Shown here piece by piece: positions 49,868 to 59,070 of a stretch of DNA of 64,000 nucleotides. Under the pieces are notes generated by a model. It ran no database searches, was not told the DNA's origin, and worked only from the letters and a program-made list of their open reading frames with translations. Every line of letters begins with the position of its first letter. Within the stretch, counting starts at the first letter, position 1. Position numbers and translations under genes: made by a program. The DNA comes from an uncultured bacterium (GTDB lineage Bacteria; Patescibacteriota; Minisyncoccia; Phycocordibacterales; PALSA-1337), in contig CAIMDG010000003.1 in NCBI GenBank assembly GCA_903839725.1, positions 31,829-95,828 of the forward strand. The letters are read 5' to 3'.

Positions 49868-50000
49868 GGGAGCAGACTCCACAGGAGGTGCTGTACTCAT
49901 TTTCTGCACAAGTTTGTAAACATTGTGGTACGCGGTGTAATGTACATGTCTCTAAACTTGTGCAGAAAATGAGTACAGCACCTCCTGTAGGGTCTGCTTC
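49868..50000. repeat. PAL-A element copy C (core 49912-49957, inverted relative to copies A and B)
   Basis: Read directly. Ends 19 nt before the 3' end of the MFS gene. Confidence 0.9.
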
Positions 50001-50018
50001 AACTGACTAATATGGAAA

Positions 50019-51188
50019 TTATTTTACCTCCTTCATCGTCATGATCGGATAGATGGCGACAAAACAGAATAGACCGACGAGTACGAATACATATTCATGT
50101 GTAGTGAACATGAGACCGATGCCGGTAATAAGAGGTGCTAGAAAATATGAAATAGGACGAGTGATGCGGAATGCACCAAGAATAGGAGCATCCTTTAGAG
50201 AAACTTTTTTAAAGAAATATGATTCGATCATAATCTCTGCACTCGCTGCACCGACGCGAGTTATGAATAGGAAGATTGCCCATATGATGACACTTTTGGC
50301 AGTGATGAGGGCGAGTGCGATCGTTGATATACCCATGATTATAAAACCCCATGACATGATTTTCTTTTCACCGATCTTGTCAGACATGACACCGAGAGGA
50401 TATTGGATGAGTGGAAATGGGATAAGCATGATAACGAGAATGATACCGATGTCTTCCCAGGTGAATCCAATAACTGTATTCAAATAAATAGGACTGTAAA
50501 TAACCATCCATGCATAAAATGTCTGAAGGATGGTGTTCACTGAAAACAGTCTGACCCAATTTGCATCTGAACCGATATGTCTCACGAGTTGTAATGGAGA
50601 TGGGTGGTCATACTTTGGATCCTTGAATCGAGGAAAGTTGCGATATATAAGGTATAGAAGTGGGAAAAGCATCGCTAATGCTGCTACGTATGTATTGTGG
50701 TAGTTATAGTTACCATTGATGAGCATTGTTCCGAGTAGAGGTGCAATAACCCATGAAGCATTGAGAGTTGCAGTATATAGACCACGGATTTTCCCGACAT
50801 GAATACCATCCGTATAGGCTTCAAGGAATAAGTCGAGTGTAAATCCTATAAGTGAGACAACGGCATATTGTAGTATAAAGGCTATGACAATGATTGTTGG
50901 ATCTGATGCAGTTATGAGAACCCATAGAAGTAGTATCTGTATACATACAAGCCACAATGAGGCTGTATAATTGCCCACGCGGCGAATCATGTGTGGGGTA
51001 AAAAGAAAACCGAGTATTGAAAGAGCAGAACCAATCATGTAGATAAACCCAACAGTTCGTTCGTCGGCAAAGAGAGAGAGGAAACTTGAGTTCGAATACA
51101 TCGGTATGACCAGATGCAATGTATAGATAAAACCAATGATAGCGATTGTATAAATAATGTGACTTCGGGGGATTCGTGGAGTAGACAT
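50019..51188 (-). CDS. MFS transporter
   Basis: 12 TM helices with the MFS loop motif between TM2 and TM3 (GFLFTPHMIRRVG). Confidence 0.75.
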   Translation of the reverse strand: MSTPRIPRSHIIYTIAIIGFIYTLHLVIPMYSNSSFLSLFADERTVGFIYMIGSALSILGFLFTPHMIRRVGNYTASLWLVCIQILLLWVLITASDPTIIVIAFILQYAVVSLIGFTLDLFLEAYTDGIHVGKIRGLYTATLNASWVIAPLLGTMLINGNYNYHNTYVAALAMLFPLLYLIYRNFPRFKDPKYDHPSPLQLVRHIGSDANWVRLFSVNTILQTFYAWMVIYSPIYLNTVIGFTWEDIGIILVIMLIPFPLIQYPLGVMSDKIGEKKIMSWGFIIMGISTIALALITAKSVIIWAIFLFITRVGAASAEIMIESYFFKKVSLKDAPILGAFRITRPISYFLAPLITGIGLMFTTHEYVFVLVGLFCFVAIYPIMTMKEVK

Positions 51189-51206
51189 GAGAATAGTATA
51201 TCAGAG

Positions 51207-51338
51207 TATCAAAACCGTGGCAGGGGTGTGTACTCATTTTCTGCATAGGTTTGTAAACATTGAGGTACGCGGTGTAATGTACGTGTCTCTAAACTTATGC
51301 AGAAAATGAGTACACACCCCTGCCACGGTTTTGAGATA
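51207..51338. repeat. PAL-A element copy D (core 51249-51294, same orientation as copy C)
   Basis: Read directly. Begins 19 nt beyond the MFS start codon. Confidence 0.9.
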
Positions 51339-51393
51339 TGGTGCTGTAAACGGTTGACTTTGAGGCAATATATTGATAAGCTAGCCTTCACCT

Positions 51394-52080
51394 ATGGAAA
51401 CAAAGAAAACTATTGAAGCTATGTTCGGAGCAGGAGCTCATTTCGGTCTTGGCCGCTCACGCCGTCATCCGACTGTAGCACCATTTATTTTCGGTACGAA
51501 AAACAGCACAGATATCTTCGATCTTGAAAAGACCGAGGTTCTTCTTGCAAAAGTAAAGCTACATATCGCTCAATTAGCAAAAGAAGGTAAGACTATTTTG
51601 TTTGTTGGAGGCAAGAAAGAGGCTGCGGCTGCTATCAAGGCTTCTGCTGATGCTCTCAATATGCCGTATGTCGATGGTCGCTTCATCGGAGGTACTATGA
51701 CAAACTTCGGACAAGTTCGTAAGCGTGTTGAACGTTACGAAAAACTCATTTCTGATCGTGAGAAGGGTGAATTGCTCAAATATACCAAGCGTGAACGTGC
51801 ACTTCTCGACAAAGAGATTGCAAAGCTCGAAAAAATGTTCCTCGGCATCGTTTCTTTGAAGAGAATGCCTGATGTCCTTTTTGTTATCGATCCTCGCCGT
51901 GAAAAGAATGCCGTCAAAGAGGCTGCTGATATGAATATTCCCGTTATTGCTCTTGCAGGATCAGACTGTGATATTAGAGAAGTCAAATATCCTATCGTTG
52001 GAAATGATTCATCAAAGGCAAGTATTCAGTTTTTCATCGAAGAGATCGCAAGTGCCTACAAGAAAGCAAAGGTCGCTTAG
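51394..52080 (+). CDS. rpsB: 30S ribosomal protein S2
   Basis: MFGAGAHFGLGRSRRHP and conserved S2 core blocks. Confidence 0.95.
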   Translation: METKKTIEAMFGAGAHFGLGRSRRHPTVAPFIFGTKNSTDIFDLEKTEVLLAKVKLHIAQLAKEGKTILFVGGKKEAAAAIKASADALNMPYVDGRFIGGTMTNFGQVRKRVERYEKLISDREKGELLKYTKRERALLDKEIAKLEKMFLGIVSLKRMPDVLFVIDPRREKNAVKEAADMNIPVIALAGSDCDIREVKYPIVGNDSSKASIQFFIEEIASAYKKAKVA

Positions 52081-52278
52081 TCTGTCGGTTAGCTTAACTA
52101 TTCCTATTATCGGACAATTACCATGATCAGCCCATTTTTTTTGTGGCAACGAGGTCAGAAAAAACCTATTCAGCCCAAAGTTCCAGATACGTCACATAAA
52201 GGGAAACAGATCGAAGAAAAGAAGCCAGTTCAATCCACATCACAACCATTAGTAGCGCAATCACATAAAACATCATCT

Positions 52279-52866
52279 ATGATCACTACAGACCAAATCA
52301 AGAATCTTCGAGACCAAACAGGTATTTCTGTTATGCAGTGTAAGAAAGCCCTTGAAGAGGCTGGAGGCGACATGGAAAAGGCTCTCGTTATTCTTCGTAA
52401 GAAGAGTGGTGAACTTTCTGCAAAGAAGGCAGATCGTACATTTGGTTCTGGAACTATTCAAGCCTATGTTCACGCAAATGGTAATGTTGCCGCACTCGTT
52501 GAACTCAACTGCGAAACTGATTTCGTTTCAGGAAATGATGAATTCAAGACACTTGCACGCGATATCGCTATGCATATCACCGCTTCGAACCCAAAGTTTT
52601 TGAAGAAAGAAGATATTACTGAGGCTGATCTTAACGTTGCTCGTTCAGTATTTGCTGAAGAGGTCAAGAATAAGCCTGCTGCAATGCAAGAAAAAATTCT
52701 CCAAGGTAAACTCGATACTTATTTTGCTGAAATGGTATTGCTCAATCAGCCATTTATCAAGAATCCAGAAATTACTATTCAAGGACTTATCGATGCTGCT
52801 GTTCAGAAATTTGGAGAAAAGACAGCAATTGCTCGTTTCAAGAGATTCAAAGTTCTCGAGAATTAA
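52279..52866 (+). CDS. tsf: Elongation factor Ts
   Basis: UBA-like N-terminus IKNLRDQTGISVMQCKKALEEAGGDMEKAL. The track ORF begins at 52123; the Met that aligns with canonical EF-Ts N-termini was chosen instead. Confidence 0.85.
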   Translation: MITTDQIKNLRDQTGISVMQCKKALEEAGGDMEKALVILRKKSGELSAKKADRTFGSGTIQAYVHANGNVAALVELNCETDFVSGNDEFKTLARDIAMHITASNPKFLKKEDITEADLNVARSVFAEEVKNKPAAMQEKILQGKLDTYFAEMVLLNQPFIKNPEITIQGLIDAAVQKFGEKTAIARFKRFKVLEN

Positions 52867-52890
52867 TTTGCAAGTTGGTGTGTTCACCCT

Positions 52891-53268
52891 ATGTATACAC
52901 TTATTACATTATTCTATCTCTCATTCTTGATCATGATCGTCATGGTTTGGAACAAGAGGCGTGAGCTACACACGGGTCATCCGAGCATGGCCTCTCGTTT
53001 GGGTGTAAAAACGGATCATATATTTCAGAAGGCGCATGTCACTACCAAGAAGGGACTTTCATATATTAATAAACATACATTCATTGCCTTGGCGCAATGG
53101 ATGGCTTTTCATGTACTTGTACGTGTGCGAAAAGTATATGTTCAGCTCAAGCACCACTTCATATCAAACCCACATGGTAAACGTATGATCGATGCAGTAC
53201 GTGGTCGTGGGGAAATAAAGAAACATGGTGCATCTTTCTATTTGAGAAGGATTTCAGGAGAAAAGTAG
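52891..53268 (+). CDS. Hypothetical small membrane protein
   Basis: ORF with an N-terminal TM helix and a basic remainder. Confidence 0.3.
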   Translation: MYTLITLFYLSFLIMIVMVWNKRRELHTGHPSMASRLGVKTDHIFQKAHVTTKKGLSYINKHTFIALAQWMAFHVLVRVRKVYVQLKHHFISNPHGKRMIDAVRGRGEIKKHGASFYLRRISGEK

Positions 53269-53320
53269 GAAGGAGGTTGCTGATATTGTGAAAATAAGTT
53301 AATCTAGGGAGCAGTAGAAA

Positions 53321-53429
53321 TAGGGAAAATCTGGTCTCGCTTTCCCTGGGAGAGGAAATTCTGGTCTCGTCTTCATCATTGCTTACGCAATAATGAAGAC
53401 TCGATCCGAATTTCGCAAAGCCGAAATTC
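53321..53429 (+). promoter_or_regulatory. tRNA leader module copy 2: GGGAAAATCTGGTCTCG, GAGGAAATTCTGGTCTCG, a 14-bp hairpin (loop TTAC), TCGATCCGAATTTC, then GAAATTC immediately 5' of tRNA-Thr
   Basis: Same order and spacing as the module upstream of tRNA-Gly. Confidence 0.6.
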
Positions 53430-53502
53430 GCCACCTTAGCTCAGTTGGTAGAGCAACGCTTTTGTAAAGCGAAGGTCCCCAGTTCAAGTCTGGGAGGTGG
53501 CT
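53430..53502 (+). tRNA. tRNA-Thr (anticodon TGT)
   Basis: Cloverleaf by hand. Acceptor GCCACCT/AGGTGGC, D-arm GCTC-AGTTGGTA-GAGC, anticodon loop TTTGTAA, T-arm CCCAG-TTCAAGT-CTGGG, discriminator T. Confidence 0.9.
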
Positions 53503-53546
53503 CAGAAACAAATACTTTTAAGTAGCCCGTATGTTAAAATGGCTAC

Positions 53547-54329
53547 ATGGAGAGAATACGTAAGGGAAAAGAAAATATGGCAACCATTTTCGCTTTGAGC
53601 TATCAGATGGCGAAGGCCAATTTTAAAGTACGAAATGAAGGTAGTTATTTGGGTGTCATCTGGTACCTATTGAATCCGATATCATATTTCGTTGTGCTAT
53701 TGTTTTTGGGTGGTTCTATTTATAACAATTCGATACCGTATTATCCTGCATATCTTTTGCTTGGTTTGATCATGTTCAATTTCTTTTTATCAGTTACCGG
53801 ATCTTCTTCTTTGGTTATTTCGGGTAATAAAAATTTTATTAAATCAATAAAAATTAATCCTCTTACGTTCATATTTGCGAATATTCTCACCAATATTTTT
53901 TCTCACGCAATTGAAGTTATTCTTTTTATAATTGTGCTTCTGTTCCTTCATATAAATCCTATTTTTGTAGTATTTTATCCTTTGATATTTTTATGTTTGT
54001 GTTTATTTACGACTGGTATTTCGCTTATATTTGCCACTATTGGAGTATATGTTTCTGATTGGCAGAATGTGTGGAAAGTGCTTGGAAGTTTGTTGTGGTT
54101 CGTTACACCAGTATTTTATGTTATTAAGAAAGCAGATAGTGCTATCGGACACATAAACTACGTTAATCCATTCTTTCATTTCTTGACGATTGCTCGCAAT
54201 CTGATCATATATGAAAAGGCACCAACACTATTCTCGGTATGTGGCATTATTGCTTTTGGTATAGTAACTTTTGTAGTTGGTTTGTATATTTTTAATAAGA
54301 AGGCCCGTTCATTTGCTGAGAATATCTAA
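53547..54329 (+). CDS. ABC-2 type polysaccharide/teichoic-acid exporter permease (Wzm/TagG-like)
   Basis: Six TM helices and the N-terminal block YLGVIWYLLNP typical of ABC-2 permeases. Confidence 0.75.
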   Translation: MERIRKGKENMATIFALSYQMAKANFKVRNEGSYLGVIWYLLNPISYFVVLLFLGGSIYNNSIPYYPAYLLLGLIMFNFFLSVTGSSSLVISGNKNFIKSIKINPLTFIFANILTNIFSHAIEVILFIIVLLFLHINPIFVVFYPLIFLCLCLFTTGISLIFATIGVYVSDWQNVWKVLGSLLWFVTPVFYVIKKADSAIGHINYVNPFFHFLTIARNLIIYEKAPTLFSVCGIIAFGIVTFVVGLYIFNKKARSFAENI

Positions 54330-54330
54330 T

Positions 54331-55086
54331 ATGAATACACAAGCACATAAAAATAGAATAGAAGTGCAGGACGTCTCAAAGGTTTTCCGAGTCAAAACCA
54401 AAGGTACAGATGTAGCCCTATCTCATCTCGCTCATTTTTTTCAAGATAGTAAAAAGAAGTCATATATTCGGGTACTCAATAATATTTCTTTTACTGTTGC
54501 ACCTGGTGAAATTTTGGGGATCATAGGCAAGAATGGGTCGGGGAAAAGTACATTATTACAGATTATGGCAGATGTATATTCACCAAATTCAGGATCTATC
54601 GTACGTAATGGTGAGGTATTTTATTTAACGTCTATGGGTATAGGTATTATAGAAAAATTATCAATGAAAGATAATATCTTCTTGGTGGGAGCTATTATGG
54701 GTATGAGTCAGAAAAAGATTAAAGATATATACAATCAAATTGTGGATTTTTCTGAACTTGGCGACTTTGTTGATATGAAGGTATGTCATTTTTCCAAAGG
54801 TATGATTGGTCGTCTCGGTTTCTCAATAAGTGTTTTCTGTTTACAGAATAGAATGACAGAAATATTACTTCTCGATGAAGTGTTCGGCTCAGGTGCGGAC
54901 TTCGAATTTGAGAAAAAAGCTATAAAAAAGATGGAAGAACTCATACAAGGAGGAGCAACTGTTGTTATGGTGAGTCATAGTTTACCAACTATTGAAAAAT
55001 ATTGTGACCGAGTTATTTGGCTCGATAAAGGGAATATCAAAGCGATAGGAGCCGCACAGGATGTGATTAGTAAATATGTTGCATAA
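54331..55086 (+). CDS. ABC exporter ATP-binding protein (Wzt/TagH-like)
   Basis: Walker A GKNGSGKSTLL, signature FSKGMIGRLGFS, Walker B LLLDEV. Confidence 0.8.
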   Translation: MNTQAHKNRIEVQDVSKVFRVKTKGTDVALSHLAHFFQDSKKKSYIRVLNNISFTVAPGEILGIIGKNGSGKSTLLQIMADVYSPNSGSIVRNGEVFYLTSMGIGIIEKLSMKDNIFLVGAIMGMSQKKIKDIYNQIVDFSELGDFVDMKVCHFSKGMIGRLGFSISVFCLQNRMTEILLLDEVFGSGADFEFEKKAIKKMEELIQGGATVVMVSHSLPTIEKYCDRVIWLDKGNIKAIGAAQDVISKYVA

Positions 55087-55092
55087 TATCGC

Positions 55093-56061
55093 ATGATTTT
55101 TCTTAAGAAAAAACCGATTTCGCAAGATAGGTATTTGATTGTAAAAGGCAATAGTGGCTTTGGTAACAGGATATCTCTGGTAATAAAAGCAATGCTATAT
55201 GCCGAAATTACAGATCGGCGAGTTGTTATTGATTGGAGAGATGGAATGTATGCTGATAAGGGGATAAATTCATTCTTTCTTGCCTTTGACGTTGAAGGAG
55301 TTACGCCTTTTGAAGAAGATGGTAACTATGGAAAAGATGTATTTCCTCGTATATGGGTACGAAATATGGAAAAGGATGTTCACGACATTATGGATGAGTA
55401 TTATCCCAATACATATCCTTTGATTGATAAGACAGGGATTGATCCTTTTAAACTGGATTATGAGGAAAAAGTAGTTGTTATGACAGGTTTTGGTATGTCT
55501 GGTGAAGAGTTTGAATTTTACAAAAAAAATAGCAATGGAAAGATTGCAGATGGGAATATGTATGAGTGCATGACACGTATATTGCAGTCGAACATCAAAC
55601 TAAAACCATTGTTGAAAAAAGAGATTGAAGATTACGTAAAACAAAATTTTGTTGGAGAAACTATCGGTGTGCATATTCGTAACACTGATTGTGCTGCAAT
55701 AATGAAAGAAGATGGTGGTAAATTGACCAATGACTCAACATATACAGCAGTGCATATGATGGCTCACGCGCATCCACACGCTCAGATATTTATTGCTACA
55801 GACAGTGTAGAAGTCTTGAATAGCTATATCGATATATATAAAGATAGGGTTATATATATTGATAAATATTTTAATGATGATCCCAAGAAACCTATACACT
55901 TCTTTAATGAAGATACAGAGAAATCATTTTTTGAAGCTTTAAAAGATTTGTATCTTCTTGCACAGTCAGAGTATCTTATTTATTCTCATCGCACTTCTTT
56001 TGGTAGAATTGCACGATTACTGTCGAAAACTAGTAAAGATAAGATTATTAAGATAGTATAG
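55093..56061 (+). CDS. Hypothetical; possible GT-B glycosyltransferase of the fucosyltransferase-like superfamily
   Basis: N-terminal block GNSGFGNRISLVIKA resembles the G-(G/F)-GN-(Q/R) motif of GT11/O-FucT-like enzymes. Weak. Confidence 0.3.
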   Translation: MIFLKKKPISQDRYLIVKGNSGFGNRISLVIKAMLYAEITDRRVVIDWRDGMYADKGINSFFLAFDVEGVTPFEEDGNYGKDVFPRIWVRNMEKDVHDIMDEYYPNTYPLIDKTGIDPFKLDYEEKVVVMTGFGMSGEEFEFYKKNSNGKIADGNMYECMTRILQSNIKLKPLLKKEIEDYVKQNFVGETIGVHIRNTDCAAIMKEDGGKLTNDSTYTAVHMMAHAHPHAQIFIATDSVEVLNSYIDIYKDRVIYIDKYFNDDPKKPIHFFNEDTEKSFFEALKDLYLLAQSEYLIYSHRTSFGRIARLLSKTSKDKIIKIV

Positions 56062-56079
56062 GTTTTCACGTTTGAAGTT

Positions 56080-59070
56080 ATGAAAAAAGATTCAGTTGCA
56101 GTAATAATAGGCATTAAAAACAGATATGACTACAGAATAGTCAATGCCTTGAAGAGTATCCGAAATCAAGACTACGATGCAGATCTTATTGAAATTATTC
56201 TGGTTGATTATGGTAGTGAGGAGAAGTACAAGGAGTATTTTGACTCACTGTGTCAAAAATTTAATATACATGGTATTTGGATCGGAGTTGATAAAGTCTG
56301 GAATAAATCAAACTGTCTCAATATAGGCATAAAAAATTCCTCTTCTGAATACTTGTTGAATAGTGACGTTGATATTGTATTTAGTCGTGATTATATATCT
56401 TCCTGCATAAAAATTATTAAAGAAAATGAGCGACAAGCCCTATATTGTAAAATGCTCGATTCGCACAAAGATGATATAACCGCTGAAATACATGTGTCAG
56501 ATGTACCGATACTTAAGGAAAAGTGTTTCTATAGAGATAGAGGAGGAGGATTTAAATATGGATCAAGTATTATTTTCTTGAAGAAGACATATTTCGAAGA
56601 AATTAATGGATATGATGAATTTTACAAGATGTGGGGCAATGAAGATGGTGACTTTATCTTTAGATTGTCAAAAATTGGTCTTGATTTGAATGAAATAAGT
56701 GATATTACATATCATATACATCAGTGGCACCCAAAATTTGAAGGTGTTGGTCACGTTGAAGGATTCGATGAAGTAAAAGAAGCTAATAGTTTATATTATA
56801 GAAAAAATTATTCGATTATCAGAAATCTCAATGGGTGTGGGCAGATAGAGAATCCTGCAGAACAGCAGATAGTCGAGAAGCGACCACAGAAACTCGAAGG
56901 TACGATATGGGGGATTACGACCTTTTTCAACCCAACACAATATACTATTAAATATGAAAACTATAAGATATTTCGAGAAAAAACAAAAAGACAAGGACTT
57001 AAGCTCATAGCTGTAGAATTGGTATTTGGAAATACTCCTTTTGAATTAAAAAATCAAGATGCAGATATCGTAATTCGACTGAGAACAGATAAAGACAATA
57101 TATTGTGGCAGAAGGAAGCAATGTTAAATTGCGCCTTGAAAAGATTACCTAGAAATTGTGACAAAATTGTATGGATTGATTGTGATGTTATTTTCAAAAA
57201 TGAAAATTGGCTTACAGAGACATGTGCTCTTTTGGAGCAATACGTTGTAGTTCAACCGTTTGAAAAAGTTGTGAGATTGAAAAAAGGTAAAACTGACATC
57301 AGTGTATTCCGAAAAATTCCAGAAGGTACAGGCGATGGTCATATGTATCAGGGTATTGCATATGGCATGATCAATAGTAATGGGGGAATTATTGAGTCCA
57401 AATGGACAGGTCTCACTGGTTTCGCGTGGGCCGCTCGAAGAAGTATATTTAAGGATCAGACATTCTATGACCGAATGATTTTGGGTGGAGGTGATTTGTT
57501 GATGGCCAATGCCTTTTACGGATTGAATAACTTTAGAAAAAATGCAGATCACCCATTCGGTATGGTTCTGCTTGAAGATTCGTGGATATATGCAATGTAT
57601 CAAAAAGTAAAAGGAAGTGTGTATTATACGAATGGCAATGTATTGCACCTATGGCATGGAAATCAAAAAAATAAAGCCTATACAGCCAGAGATTCTGTAC
57701 TAAGGTTATATGATTTCGAACCTCGAGAAGATGTGAAGATCGATGATGATGGTGTGTTGGTATGGAATACAGATAAATATGATTTGCGAGATGCGGTACG
57801 TACATATTTTTGGAGCAGAAATGAAGATGGAAGTTTCGTGAGATATGTTACATCAGTCGCACATCATGCATCGGGGGTACAAGATAAACATAAGATTGAA
57901 TATACACCTCGGCCTGCACTGGTTCCTCATCAATATCCAGAAAAACTTCCAGGAACTATCTGGGGTATAACAACCTTTTTTAATCCTGCAGGATATGAAA
58001 ATAAATACGAGAATTTCAAGATATTCAGACAACACATAAAGAGACAAGGACTAAAATTATTGGTTGTTGAACTTTCTTTTGAAAAAAATTCCTTTGAGTT
58101 GAAATATACTGATGCTGATATAGTGATACGGGTTCAGGGGGATGCAAAAAATATTATGTGGCAGAAAGAAGCCTTGCTTAATATTGGCTTAGATAATTTG
58201 CCTAAAAAATGTGATAAATTTGTGTGGCTTGATGGCGACATTATATTTCAGGATAATGAGTGGGTTATAGAAACAAAAAGACTTCTTGAAAAATATCGTG
58301 TTGTTCAGCCGTATAGTTTGTCAGTTATGATGAAAAAAGGGCAAAAAATTGAACGTGTAAAGCCGGAACATTTGAAATATGGTGATTCGTTGAATACGAA
58401 AAGATATGGGTATGCATATACAAGGACCAATCTTCATGATCGAACAGGTCACCCCGGTCTTGCGTGGGCAGCACGAAGAAGTGTATTTAAGGATATAAAA
58501 CTATATGACAAAATGATACTCGGTTCAGCTGATGTCGTTATAGCAGATTCAATGTACTCATCACATATTGGTCTCTATAAAGAATTTTACTCGCACCCCA
58601 TGATAGCTGACATAAAAGAGTGGATGGTACATTCATTTGAAAAAATTGGTGGGAGCGTATTTTATAGAAAAGGAACAGTGTTGCATCTGTGGCATGGTAA
58701 TCCGCGTAAACGTCAGTACATGGAAAGAAATCTTGTTCTTAGGAAGAATGATTTTAATCCAAAAAGCGATATTATAAAAAATCGTGCAGGTATCTGGCAG
58801 TGGAAAACAAAAAAAGATACCATTGTTGCATACGTGAAGTCGTATTTCTTTTTGAGAAATGAAGAGAATTCATTTTCTCCATCATATCTGCGTCTCTATT
58901 TTCAATTTTTGATTGGTAGAATACGACAAGGTCGTATGCGTAGGGTTCTGAATCTCAAGAAGGATAGATTACTGGGAAATACTGGATATGTAATAAAAAA
59001 AATAAGTCCACGTATGTACAGGTTCCTTGTTAAGAGGAAGCCTGGATGGGCGCAACCTCTCAATTATTAG
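56080..59070 (+). CDS. Multi-domain glycosyltransferase: N-terminal GT2-like domain plus two tandem homologous ~300-aa GT-A-like domains with DxD motifs
   Basis: GT2-like N-terminus (VIIGIKNRYDY...LVDYGSEE). Internal repeats at ~aa 268-560 and ~aa 625-915 both begin GTIWGITTFFNP and contain DADIVIR, WQKEA(M/L)LN, W(I/L)D(C/G)D(V/I)IF and VVQP(F/Y). Confidence 0.65.
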   Translation: MKKDSVAVIIGIKNRYDYRIVNALKSIRNQDYDADLIEIILVDYGSEEKYKEYFDSLCQKFNIHGIWIGVDKVWNKSNCLNIGIKNSSSEYLLNSDVDIVFSRDYISSCIKIIKENERQALYCKMLDSHKDDITAEIHVSDVPILKEKCFYRDRGGGFKYGSSIIFLKKTYFEEINGYDEFYKMWGNEDGDFIFRLSKIGLDLNEISDITYHIHQWHPKFEGVGHVEGFDEVKEANSLYYRKNYSIIRNLNGCGQIENPAEQQIVEKRPQKLEGTIWGITTFFNPTQYTIKYENYKIFREKTKRQGLKLIAVELVFGNTPFELKNQDADIVIRLRTDKDNILWQKEAMLNCALKRLPRNCDKIVWIDCDVIFKNENWLTETCALLEQYVVVQPFEKVVRLKKGKTDISVFRKIPEGTGDGHMYQGIAYGMINSNGGIIESKWTGLTGFAWAARRSIFKDQTFYDRMILGGGDLLMANAFYGLNNFRKNADHPFGMVLLEDSWIYAMYQKVKGSVYYTNGNVLHLWHGNQKNKAYTARDSVLRLYDFEPREDVKIDDDGVLVWNTDKYDLRDAVRTYFWSRNEDGSFVRYVTSVAHHASGVQDKHKIEYTPRPALVPHQYPEKLPGTIWGITTFFNPAGYENKYENFKIFRQHIKRQGLKLLVVELSFEKNSFELKYTDADIVIRVQGDAKNIMWQKEALLNIGLDNLPKKCDKFVWLDGDIIFQDNEWVIETKRLLEKYRVVQPYSLSVMMKKGQKIERVKPEHLKYGDSLNTKRYGYAYTRTNLHDRTGHPGLAWAARRSVFKDIKLYDKMILGSADVVIADSMYSSHIGLYKEFYSHPMIADIKEWMVHSFEKIGGSVFYRKGTVLHLWHGNPRKRQYMERNLVLRKNDFNPKSDIIKNRAGIWQWKTKKDTIVAYVKSYFFLRNEENSFSPSYLRLYFQFLIGRIRQGRMRRVLNLKKDRLLGNTGYVIKKISPRMYRFLVKRKPGWAQPLNY

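Noticed and set aside
49912-49957. The PAL-A 46-nt core begins GTTTG/GTTTAGAGAC and ends CTAAAC/GTTTACAAAC, which looks superficially like a (type II-like) CRISPR repeat.
   Set aside because: The copies are solitary and far apart, and each is flanked by its own complementary arms rather than by unique spacers. No regularly spaced array exists anywhere in the window and no cas genes are present.
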